Source of the DNA: Camelus ferus
Lineage: Eukaryota
Direction: 5' to 3'
Assembly: GCF_009834535.1 (NCBI RefSeq)
Contig: NC_045696.1
Span: 38,132,001-38,196,000, forward strand
DNA: 64,000 nucleotides
Shown here: positions 39,455 through 51,640 of the stretch, in pieces
Layout: every line of letters begins with the position of its first letter
Position numbering within the stretch: the first letter of the stretch is position 1
Made by a program: the position numbers and the translations under genes
Notes under the pieces: generated by a model
The model's database searches: none
Told to the model about the DNA's origin: nothing
What the model saw: the letters and a program-made list of their open reading frames with translations, nothing else

Positions 39455-40759
39455 AGCCAGAGTAAAAAATGTGACATTCTAAACCTCCACTTCTGATTTT
39501 TCAACCCCTGTCTACAATAATTAAGGCTTTATAATATGAACTTCTATATGTAAGATTTAATATCTTATTTACATCCAATCTTTGAGCAACCAGGAACAAG
39601 GGTAAAGGCAATTATACTAATATCAGTTGTTATGAAAGTCAAATTCTGAAATGTTTGGCTTAAATAACAAGCACATATTCTTCTCAATCCTGAAGAAACT
39701 TGCCGACAAGTCTGCTGGATAAATATTCTATACCCTTTATCTATAAGAGGGTTGTTTACTCCACTAACAAGCACAGGGAGCCAGCAGATCTCTAGAACCA
39801 AGAAACCATACTCCATATTCCAAAAATCCATTAGCTGAAAATAATTTTCAGAAACTTAAATTTCAGAATTCTGCCAATGCTACTTCCATAGGAAATCTAG
39901 AATTGGGAGATCACGTTGCTATATATTTCCCCCTAAAAAGTAGCCAAAAGGATTGGCTAACCACTATCCAAAACATTCACATAGCATCACCAATATTATA
40001 CTTAAAATCTTAAAGTATTGTCAACATTCTTAAACTTAAATATTGAATAATCTTATCCATGTATCAGCTCTTTCAGTGACTGGAGGTGGGAGAGATGGAG
40101 ACAGAGGGTTGCAGCTTATATCTTTGAAGGCCTCTGTGTAATTAGATTTTCTATGGAAGGCGCAGTTTAACAAGCTGTGGCCAATTGATGACATTTACTC
40201 AACTTTCTGTATATGATCCAAACATATCTCAATCCACTATTTATTTACATGCTTTAAAGTGTTTTAAACTACTGTCTGTGAAAAATTTCTACTTCGAGAA
40301 CCCTTCTAATCTAATGCCATAAAGAATAGGACAGGCCTCCCTCCACTTGGAAGATTATACATCAGACTCCTAAATTGACATGGTAAGATGTTATCTCTAC
40401 CACCTAATCTTGTTGGAATCATACTAAGAGTCAATAAAGTAAAATATGGCACACTAATGACTAATGTCAATTATAATATTGGACTGAGTGAAAACTGGTA
40501 CTTGTCAAACTCCCATGGAATATCGATTATTGGTAAAAATGCTCCTTAAGGAGCACTTTTTCTTTCTTTGTACTGTGCTAGGATCTTTATAAAGATATTG
40601 CTGGCTCAACACAAAGCTGCTTACCTGACTGTCTTATTAGAGTTATACAGTCATGCCCTTCTTAATTATAGTTTAATCATATGGCTTTGATATCTTCTAT
40701 GTGATGATGAAAGAAATATCCTTTTGAAGATCAATTCTGTACCTCTTTATCCTACAAAA

Positions 40760-40960
40760 ACTTATTGAGGGCCAGTTGAATGCCCTCTTCACTGTGTAGG
40801 GGCTGGGAATAAAAAAAAATCAAACAAGTCAAGGTCAGATGCTCCTAAGAAATTTCAGTTTAATTAGACAAATGAGCAATAAATTATTAAAACAAATAAA
40901 TATACAAATTGGTATATGCATGGGTGGCAATATGTGTATGGTGCTATGGGAATACAGAGA
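40760..40960 (-). mobile_element. L2 3' fragment
   Basis: TTATTGAGGGCCAG...GGGGCTGGGAATA...GTGCTATGGGAATACAGAGA. Confidence 0.55.
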
Positions 40961-42231
40961 CAGGTCACTTCATACTCTAACTAAATACAGATTCAATTAT
41001 GTTATCCAATATCCCTTAAACATGGGAAGCATGTTTATTTCTCCTAGAAGTCAATGACAACAAGTAAGTTTATTTCCATAGAGAGATTTTATGTTCTCTT
41101 TTATTGTATTATGAGAACTAGATAGCCTAAAGTAATTTGCTTTTTCATTCTGACTTTAGTTCATTGCAGTAAGTAACTCATACTAAGAGCCTGATTCATT
41201 TTTTATCTTTTCAAATTAGCTTTTGATGTTTACCTTGTAATTGCCTTGTTTTACATGTTTTTGAATTATATAATTTTTAGAGTAGATAGGGTTAGAAAGA
41301 TAATCTATTTTAATCCCCTGAAGTTTCAAAGAGATTAATTTGGTCCTCTAGATTGTAAGTGATCTAACCAAGATTACATAGCTAGTTACTTGCAGAATTT
41401 AGATTAGAAACCAAGTCACCTGAATCCTAGTACTTTACTTATGCAAAAAAGTAAAAGATGAAATACAAATAATGGTGACAAATCAGAAAATGAGGAAAGG
41501 AGAAAGGAAGAGAAGAAAATGAAAGGGAAGGAGAAAAAAGAATGTAAGAAATTTGAAAGGGTTTAAATTTTAGTTTGGCAAAATTTAGAAATAAAACCTT
41601 AAAAAATACAGCAGTCAAAAGTCTCACCATGAAGTGAAAATATTCTGTTGGCATTTTCTCTGGTATAAATAAACATAGTCCCAAACTCAAATAAAATCTT
41701 TAAAATGTAGCAGAACATGTATCTTTCTTCAGAGTCATTGACATAGTTGTATTTTAAGTTGTAAGGGTGAGCAATTCTATTTGTCCAGATGCTTTAAAAA
41801 CAGTGAGAATCGCTCTTACCTCTTTTGCTACATTTTCTAAAATAGGTTGGTGTTTTAAGACCTAAATGCTAACAGCTCTGGCTTCTACACTAGCACTCTG
41901 ACTAGTATCTAGTTCAGTATATGTTCCTGATTCATGAAGAGAAGCAATTTATTAATTAATAAAGCTTTAATTCCTCCCTAAAGTTTATAAACTGAAAAAC
42001 ATATGTTTGTGTGTTTGTGCCTGTGATTTGTAAAGTTAGGAAAGCAGCATCACCTGACTCCAACTGAATACACACCTACAATGGCCCCTCCATGTGGCCT
42101 GGGTTTGTAGTGGCATGGTAGGCTGTGTGTGTCATGTTTGATCAAAAACCTACCTCAATTTTACATCAGTTTGTTAAGTGTTTTGAGAAAAAAATCACAT
42201 GCCTTAGATACCAAACAATGCTCATCGAGAA

Positions 42232-43670
42232 TTGTTCCAGTTTTCTATTGCTGCATAATAACCTGCCAAAAAATTAGTGATTTAAAACAACAACTTATTA
42301 TTATGTTTCAACTCACTGAAACAGTTTTATCTATGGTTATTGTTTAATATTATCTATGTTTCTATGGATTGACTGGGATCAGGTGGGCAGTTTTGTCTCA
42401 GGGTATCTCAGGAATTCATAGTGTCCTTTTTCTTTCTTTTTCTTCTTTTTTTTTTTTTTTTAGATTCCACATATGAATGATACTATGTGGTATTTTTCTC
42501 TCTCTTTCTGGCTTACTTCACTTAGAATGATGATCTCTAGGTCCATGCATGTGGCTGCAGATAACATTATTTCATTATTTTTTATGGCTGCGTAGTATTT
42601 CATTGTATAAATATACCACAGCTTCTTTATCGAAGCATTTGTTGATGAACATTTAGGTTGTTTCCATGTCTTGGCTGTTGTATACAGTGCTGCTATGACT
42701 ATTAGGATGCATGTATCTTTTCAAATTAGAGTTCCCTCTGGATATATACCCAGAAGTAGGATTGCTGGATCATGTGGTAGGTCTATTTTTAGTTTATGAG
42801 GAATCTCCATACTGATTTCCATAATGGCTGCACCAAGCTACATTCCCACCAACAGTGTAAACGGATTCCCTTTTCTCCACACCCTCTCCAGTATTTATTG
42901 TTTGTGGACTTTTGAATGATGGCCATTCTGACTGGTGTGAGGGAATACCTCATTGTAGTTTTGATTGGCATTTCTCTGACAATTAGTGATATTGAGCATT
43001 TTTTCATGTGCCTATTGGCCATTTGTATGTCTTCACTGGAGAATTACTTGTTTAGGTCCTCTGCTCATTTTGGGATTGGGTTGTTTGTTTTTTTGTTGTT
43101 GTTGTTAAGTTGTATTAGCTGTTCATATATTCTGGAGATTAAGCGTTTTTAGTGCATCATTTGTAAATATTTTCTCCCATTCCATAGAATGTCATTTTGT
43201 TTTGCTTACAGTTTCCTTTGCTGTGCAAAAGCTTGTACATTTAATTAGGTCCCATTTGTTTATTGTTGCTCTTACTTCTTTTGCCTGGGTAAAATGCCCT
43301 AGGAGAATATTGCTAAAATTTATGTCAGACAATGTTTTGCCTATGTTTTCTTCTAGGAGATTTATCATGTCTTGTCTTATCATGTCTTCTCTTTAAGCCA
43401 TTTTGAGTTTATATTTGTGTTTGATGTGAAGGAGTGTTCTAACTTCATTGATTTACATGCTGCTATCCAGTTTTTGCAGGAAGGCTTCTCTATACGACCT
43501 AGCCGCCTATGTTTTGAGATGTCATTTTTACTCCATTCTAATAGTTCAAACAAGTTACTACATAGATTCAAGAGGATAGGAAATTAAACCCCACCTTTTG
43601 ATGTGAGGAAGATCATGGGTATTCCAGGAGGAAGGACTTGATAGCAGTTATCTTTGGATATTATGTACCA
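42232..43670 (-). mobile_element. MaLR (MLT1-type) LTR disrupted by an L1 insertion
   Basis: TGTTCCAGTTTTCTATTGCTGCATAATAAC... (42232-42420) and ...AGATTCAAGAGGATAGGAAATTAAACCCCACCTTTTGATG... (43480-43670). Confidence 0.6.
42426..43476 (-). mobile_element. L1 ORF2 C-terminal fragment, relatively well preserved
   Basis: ORF 42789-43022 ([10 protein letters not shown]...[28 protein letters not shown]) and ORF 43192-43383 (INKWDLIK..SFCTAKET) are classic L1 ORF2p. Poly(T) at 42426-42461. Confidence 0.95.
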
Positions 43671-46084
43671 AAAGAGGTTCCACCAATATTTTCACATTTA
43701 TGAAAACTCATCTCATGGGAATGCTTTACAGGATACACATCACAACAAAACATCCTTCGATAAATAATTTTGAATCTTTTCAAGTGTGTAAATTTATGAT
43801 TTAGATGTACCCCCCACCCACAAGTTTCACTCTGAACAACCCAGTAAATATTAATTTATCCATTATATTTTGAAACTAAGAGATTATATTCTGTTTACTT
43901 TCACTTTAAAGAACCCCAATATCACTTTTTTTATACAGTGGAATGAAACAAATTAATCATATTTTTTCTTTGTCATTATATTTTTCTTAATTTGCATCTT
44001 CACTATTCACAAATTATTTCCAATTGCAACAAGATTGTCAAGATAATTATTAGTGGACATAAAACTATCATTGAAAAAATATATTAAGCATATATACACA
44101 TATTAAAAATAGATAGATGAACCCTTTTTTCCACATATGGTTTTTATTTACCATATTTTGCTAGGTTTATCTGAATGCTTTCTCTGGTATAAAGCTGGAA
44201 ATATACATGAAGTATAATTGTGTTGTATATCCCAGAGAGCTTTTGTTATATCAGTATTTTAAGAGTAACTCTGTCATATTTTACACAACTCCCCAGCAAG
44301 CAGTAATACCTTTAGTCATATCAGTACTTCCTTTGCCTATTTATCTTGAAGATCTGCTATCCATATTAATATGTTTATCTTCTAAACTTTGAGAGAAGAA
44401 TCACATCTTTGGTTCACATTTGAATATAAGGGTTTTATCAGTTATTATTAAGAACAGCATAAGTTTATCTACAAGTAAATGTTTTTTGATAAGTAATCCT
44501 ATTAGAATTCTCCTTTAGGAGTATATCCAGCATTCTTGCCATCTCACACACCCACAAATGTTCTTACTTAGTCATACTTCCCTTTTATTAAATATCAACA
44601 AACTTACCTACCCTTAAAATGTAAATTAACATTTCAAAAACTATTAATTTATGGGACTATTTAATTAGTATTTTAACTTATTTTATTGATGCACTATTAA
44701 TGGGGTTGTTGTTGTTTTCTATTAAATTCAAAGCATTCCCACAAATGCCAAATGACTCACTTGAGCAGTTGGGAAATTTCATTTTGCAAATCAGCTTTGT
44801 GAATCCCCAGAAGTGGTAATTTTTAGACTGCTTTGGATAGTCTCCCAATGCTTCTATTGTTGTCCAGTTACCCCTTGAGGAATACCACTCTACTTCTTCA
44901 ACAGGATAATATCATACCTGTGCACCTGTAAGTCTGAACAACAGTGTATATATAGCTTGTACAACCTCAGTTGCAGTGTCAAGGGCTTATCAAAGTCCAT
45001 TTCATATCTCCTAAATCAATTCTGATATAAAGTGATGTCTTGAATACATGTGAGCCAGCTACCCGCCATAATAAGTTACCGTTGTCAGGCAAGGAGTTAC
45101 CAAATCTAGAAGGATGTAATGTATGAGGTAAAGATTTCAAAAGAAAATTAGTAAGATGAGAGCAGAAATCTAATTTTTGAAAAAGATTTCACAGCAGCTT
45201 GAAACAAAATCAGTTGGCAAGTCTGGTGTTCAATATTTTCTACTAATCTGACTGGGTATTTCTTTGGAATTGAGGTTCATCTGAGGATGCATGTTCTGTC
45301 CTCACTAGTAGTGAAGAATAAAATGGTGTAATTTCACAGAATTACTTTTACCAGGCCATTAACTTGATAGAAATATGGATTGATTTCTGGAAGACTGAAA
45401 GAACAGATCAAATCAAGCCACATGTAACTAGCGTGTTAAACATATGACTCACAGGATATCATCTAATTGAAAATCTAGTCTGATTTCCTCCTGTCCCTTA
45501 ACATTTTCTCAGTGGGGAAGGAACTCTTCCCCACCCTTGTGTATAAATATGGACATATCCCATGAGTATTCTGTTTTAGGCAATGGATGGTCACTTATCT
45601 TCATAATCAAAGACTTAATTTAGAATACAGAATATCTATCAAAATGCTAACTAAACACTAATTCAGGAGTATGAGTTCTTAAAACATTTCTTTCCTCCTC
45701 CCACTCTACTTCTATGTTAACCCTAGAGGAGGCTACCTGCTTTCAAGTGCAATGATATAGTTGATCTCTGCTTTCTCTTTATGTTCAAGGCTTTCCACTC
45801 TAGCTGTGGTTTGGTCCACCAGGGGAGGGAAAAGATACAAGGCAATATGAAGAATTTTACTTGAATTGTATGGGGCTTCTTTGTTTCTGGTTCTGGCAGG
45901 GGTTTAACACTGACTTTCTTTTTCTTCCTCATGAGCTGCTACTGTAAAATTTTCAGATATTTTCATCTGTGGCAATCTTTCTCATGCAGCTCCTTTGAAC
46001 TGAGAAGATGCATCTCTATTCTATTGGAATACACTTGTGACTCATTCCACATTCTCTACAAACCTAGTGTTTATCTCATTTTTT

Positions 46085-47140
46085 TTAAAGACTTTATTCT
46101 TTAAGAGTAGTTTTAAGTTCACAACAAAATTGAGAGGAAGGTACAGAGATTTCCCATATACATACTACCCTCAAACTTGTATAGCCTCCCCCATTATCAG
46201 TGTCCCCCACTACAGTAACATTTGTTACAACTGATGGACCTACATTGATAATCATTATCCCCCAAAGTCCACAGTTTACATTGTGATTCACTCTTGGTAT
46301 TGTACATTCTATGGGCTTGGATAAATATTTAATGGCATGTATCCATCATTATAGTATCATATGGAGTATTTTCACTGCCCTAAATATCCTCTGAGCCCCC
46401 ACTATTCATCCCTCCCCACCCCCTAATCCTTGGAAACCACTGATCTTTTTGTTGTCTCCATAGTTTTGCCTTTTCCAGCATGACATATGGTTGGGATTAT
46501 GCAGCACAGAGCCTTTTCAGATTGGATTCTTTCACTTAGTAATGTGCACTTAAGGTTCATCCATGTTTTTTCATGACTTAACAGCTCTTTATTTTTTAGT
46601 ACTGAATAATACTCTGAATGTATGGATGTATCACTGTTTCTACACTCATCTACTTAAGGAAATTTTTTTTTTAATTTTTAAATTTTTGTGGGGGTAGATA
46701 ATTAGATTTATTTATTTATTTTTAGAGGAAATACTGGGGATTGAACCTAGGGCCTTGGGTATGCTAAGTATACATTCTACCACTTGAACTATACCCTCCC
46801 CCCAGGAAATCTTGATTGTTTCTCAGTTTTGGCAATTATGAATAAAGCAGCTATAAACATCTGTGTGTGGGGTTTTTGTGTGGATAAAGACTTAATACCT
46901 TTGAGTAAAACACCAAGGAGTACTATTTCTAGCTTGTATGGTAAGAGTATGCTTAATTTTGTAGGAAACCACCAAACTGTCTTCCAAAATGTACCATTTT
47001 GCATACCCACCAGCAGTCAATGAGAAGTCCTGTTGCTCTACATCCTTACCAGCATTTGGTGATGTTGGTGTTTCGGATTTTGGCCATTCTGATACATGTG
47101 TAGTGGTAACTTGTGTTAATTTGCATTTTCCTGATGATGT
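46085..47140 (-). mobile_element. Old L1 3' end containing a SINE
   Basis: ORF 46789-47010 includes FWKTVW and MFIAALFIIAK (L1 ORF2 C-terminus). 3' UTR lies at 46085-46600. Confidence 0.85.
46664..46803 (-). mobile_element. tRNA-derived SINE (camelid Vic-1-like)
   Basis: Reverse strand GGGGGAGGGTATAGTTCAAGTGGTAGAATGT...GGTTCAATCCCCAGTA. TSD AGGAAAT at 46657-46663 and 46804-46810. Confidence 0.85.
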
Positions 47141-47329
47141 ATCTCCTGTTTTTTACTACAGGAGTTCCTCAGCCTTTTACTGTCCCTATGAAACTGAATT
47201 CAAAATGACCTGATGAAATATTCATTCTTGTGTGTCCCACTCATTCGTTGCCCAACAAATTGAGGTTCAGGCTGCTCCCATTGTGGCATCCCTATCTTAT
47301 TTTTACAGATTAGTTAGCCTTTCTAAAAT

Positions 47330-47680
47330 GGCACAACAAGATCTTCCAGCACACGTGCTCTTCTTACTATGTGATGTTTATATTCTTCTCCCTGAGTTGT
47401 AGGGCCTATGTTCTCAGAAGAAGCCTAGAACACATAGGAAGGGTCAATTGTACAAGTTCTGACTGACAGCCCTGGCTGAGGTACCGGCCAGTATCAGTGT
47501 GAGGGAAGATGCCTTGAGTCATCCACAGTTGTTGCATCTTCTGAGCTGAGGCCTCAGATATTATGAAACAGAGATGAGTCCTATTCGTGCTGTCCCCTCT
47601 CTGAATTCCTACCCCACTGAGTCCTGAGTATAATGAAATGTGTGTTTTTTTGCCACTAAGGTACAAGCTATAAAAAATGG
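47330..47680 (+). mobile_element. MaLR (MLT1-type) LTR fragment
   Basis: GCTGTCCCCTCTCTGAATTCCTACCCCACTGAG...TTTTGCCACTAAG. Confidence 0.6.
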
Positions 47681-49489
47681 AATATCAGGAATGAATCATG
47701 CATCAGCTGTCTATGTCTCCCACATGTAGCATATACATTTTGAGCTTAAATTGGTCTGACGGAACTCTCTCAGCTTGTATCACCCTTTTATTTTTGCAGC
47801 AAGACAGCAGATATTTTCACAGAAGTTTCTTTATAATCCTCCTCCTTTAAGCCCCAATCTTTTTTCTAATAGGTGGAGCTAGGGAACATGGAGTGGATTC
47901 ATGTAAAGTTCCTTTGTAAATGTGCATAATAATCTGGCTTTGCTGTATCTTGGTGTCTGCTCACTGTCAAAACATCAATTTTAATATATGTTACACGCAG
48001 TATGAAGCATCCATAGAAGTTTGGAGTAGAGATGAGAGGTGTTCTTCCTGTGGGGCTCCCAAGAAAGACTACCCTGTGCCCAGAGTGACCAAAGACAGTA
48101 ATACATGACCCAGGACAAACTCAAGAGCCCACCTCTAAAGAAAGAGGGCTGCATTTCTGAAGAGGAAAACGGCTCCTAAAATGAGTTTTGTTTCTCTCAG
48201 AGTAAAGAATTAATTATTCTGACAAGGGAATGGACTGAAGTCTAAGTAGCCTGACTGTCCCAGCTGGAAGTATAAACTTTCAGTCAACTTTCCAAGGAGA
48301 AAAGAGACTTGATATGCAAAGAACATTATGATATAAAGAGAAGATCCACATTAGCTAATTTTATTAATTAATCATTCTTTCATTTATAAATATAAAGAGA
48401 AGAAAAGATAACTAACTTTTTAAGGGAAATAATTCTCTACTTCCCTACTCTGCCCCTAAAAAGAATAGGTTAATTGAACAAAACAGCTGACCTTGGAGAA
48501 CAGAGATATTTTGAAGTAGTGTTATAGTTATCCTTCTAATAAACTGTTTTTGTCTGACCAGCATCCATTTTTTTCTTCTTCAAGAACCACCCTCTACCGC
48601 TTTCAATTTGCATGGATCTCATAATGATTAATCTATCCCCCGATAGTAGGGGTAGACATGTGAACCAGTTACGAATGAGGAGAATTTTGTATCCTTCTGG
48701 CAATGGTGATTTGTTAAAATCTGTCCCTTTGACCAAGGTTGAACTAGCAATAGCTAATGAGTGTTATTCTCTTTTCTGATTAAATCAGTGTAAATAGGTT
48801 TCTGTTATTTGAAACTGAAGACCCATAGATTACTCATAGATATCAAAAAAAAATATTGCTGCATACAACAAAAACAACTGTTATTAAAACAGAGTAATCA
48901 GAATTAGAATAATATTATTAATTTTTTCAAATAGTAAGTTGAGCCAAAAACTTCATCAAAATATGAACAAATAGGAAAAGGAGTAATAGACATGGAAAAG
49001 TTAAACCAGGAGGTGTAGATCTATATAAAAATATACCAAGGATAGGAAACAAAAATGAGACTGAATCTAAATAATGGAAGAATATTTCCCAGAGACAAAG
49101 ATGCCATCTTTAAAAACAGATTTTGTTTTCTAGAGCAGTTTTAGGCTTACAGAAAAATTATACAGAAAGTACAGAGAGTTTCTATTTATCCTCTTCCCCA
49201 GAACATAGTTTCTAGTATTACTAACATTTTGCATTACTGTGGTACATTTATTATAATTGATGAACCAATATTGATACAATACTATTACTATAAGAATGGG
49301 GGCAAAAATCTAGGTACGATTTAAGAATGCACAAAATGACTTCCCCTTCTGAAAAGACATAGTTCAAAAGTAGAAATATTGCTTCAAAGTCTTCAACAGC
49401 TCAATTTATGGTTTGAATAGGCTTTTAAAGTAATGTAAACTTGTTACATGTATAATTGAGCACTTAAGTCATTTCTCACCACCAACAAG

Positions 49490-49995
49490 ATAGTATGAGC
49501 CACGACCCAAATCATTAAGAAGTCCTATCCATTTACCTTCAAAATGTATGGAAAATCCATTCACTTATCCCTCCCTGTCACCACCCTAGGACCAACCACT
49601 ATTGTCTCCCTCCAGAATTACTGCCTAAACCTCCTGTTTCTTCTCTCTGCTTATACTCCTGCCTGCATTACAAAGAACAGATAGAACCTCTTTATAAAAG
49701 TAAGAATCATTGCTCTGCGTCTTATTAGTATATATTCTATATGTTTTGGCTTCGTCATTTGTAAAGTGGGTACAATAAGAGTACCTGCCTCATAGGGCTG
49801 TGAATATTAAATGACCTGGCATGTATGTTGTATCTAGAACAGTGTGAGACACATGATAAGCATTTTATGTGTGTGAACACTAGAATGTAAGTTCTGTGTA
49901 AGCACACTTTAGTCTGTTTTGTTACTCACTCTCATACACTAGTGCCTTGAAAAGATGCTCTGCATGGAATGCGTAACATAATTGCTGAATAAACA
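49490..49995 (+). mobile_element. L2 fragment with an internal MIR piece (~49750-49870)
   Basis: TTTACCTTCAAAATGTAT...CACCACCCTAG (L2); TTTGTAAAGTGGG...GTACCTGCCTCATAGGGCTGTG (MIR core); TAGAATGTAAG...TTGCTGAATAAA (L2 end). Confidence 0.65.
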
Positions 49996-50284
49996 TGAGC
50001 TAGGAGCATTGGGAGAAAGGTACCATTTAAAAGAAAGAGCTAAGTAAAACAAAAGAAAAAGGATGCTACAAGAGTAACAAATGTATAAATGTTGGGCCAT
50101 TAGAATGGAGAATGAGGTCATTTGGATTTAGTCACAGTTTCGAAGAAGATTCACTGAAAAGATTCCATGACCTAAGCTTAATTTCATAGAATTAGAAAAA
50201 ATTTACTGGAAAGATACACAGATGTATGCTAACTATATACATGCATGGTTGTGTTTATTTGGGTCAACATTCAGAGATACAAGA

Positions 50285-50570
50285 GAGGCAGCACAGCAGT
50301 GAAAGGCACAGCTTTTGGAGCCAGACCGTGTGGGTTCACATCTCTGCTTTACCACTTACTACATGGGTGACTACGGGCAAGTTCTGTGCTTCCACTTTCT
50401 AATCTATAAAATGAGGATAATAATAGCAACTACTGCAGAGTGTTCTTTTGAAGATTAATTGAATTCCCATTCATAATTAGTATTTAAAATTATTTTCTGA
50501 AATTAATATTTGTACTTGGAACAGTGTCTAGCACATGGTAAATACTACATAACTGTCGGCTAACTAATAT
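50285..50570 (+). mobile_element. MIR SINE
   Basis: GGAGCCAGACCGTGTGGGTTCACATCTCTGCTTTACCACTTACTA...GGGCAAGTT...TCTATAAAATGAGGATAATAATAG. Confidence 0.8.
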
Positions 50571-51479
50571 AAAAATTAATGCTTTTTATTTTATCGTACT
50601 TCAAGATTTCATTAGAAGATGATGCCATTTTTAACGGATTCTCTTTTTTTTTAGTTTGGTGCTTATGACAAATTAAAGTTACAGGATATTATCAAGTGAC
50701 AGACTTTAGGACAATATAAATAAAACAATGGTAAACAGATTCGCCAGCTTTCCTGTGAACCCTCATATTTTAAAAAATCTGCTAAAATAAAAACGAGAGC
50801 CTGACAATGTTTTTACATGTAAATTGAAGTCAAAAAGAAAACAAACAATAACAACAACAAAAACAGAAACAAATACTAGCATCTAAATGAAAAAATCTTG
50901 CTGCTTCTTTGACAAATCTCTGGGTAAGGATATTAGTTTTGGAACCTCCACTACTGTTATGAATCTCTCAGGTCACTGTAATTTTGTGGAACCCAGGGCA
51001 GTGTAATAGACATAGTGGGCACAGCAGAGTTGATGGCAGGTCCTGAACAATTTTTAAAATTGTAGCGTCCAAGATCAGGCATATTATGAAAGCAATTCTA
51101 CTCAGAATTGAAATAATTTTAATAATATTAACATTTTTATCAGAGTGACTACTTTTAATGTCTTCTGACCAAATCAATGTAATATGAAAAAGGCACAACA
51201 TATCAGGCTAGTTTTAAAGACTGCGTAAACACATGCAGTAGCAAAGTTATTGTTCAGAAAGAGCTTCATTTTTGTTGGTAAACATGACTGTGTGACAGAA
51301 TTTCTATAGTAAAATCGAGCTGTTCTTGTAGAAAGTTGTACTGTGTCCACTCGATGTTTACATGGTTTTCAAATCCCTTTCTTGTTTCCCCCTATTTTCA
51401 ACGTGGAAGTGGAAGTACTGAAAATAAAACTAGGATACACACACACACGCCAATCCCACACATGGCTACTTACTTTTAT

Positions 51480-51640
51480 ATTTTTAAAATTAACAAAAAC
51501 TAAAAATTCACTACCCTAGTCACACCAGTCACAAACACTCAGAAGGTACATGTGAATGTGGCAAGTGGCTATTTTACTGAACAGCAAGGATACACAACAT
51601 TTTTAGTATTGCCATAAGTTCTATTAGGTAGTATTAATAT
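51480..51640. mobile_element. hAT/Charlie non-autonomous fragment (MER3/MER33-like)
   Basis: AAAATTCACTACCCTAGTCACACCAG...GTGGCAAGTGGCTATTTTACTGAACAGC. Confidence 0.45.
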
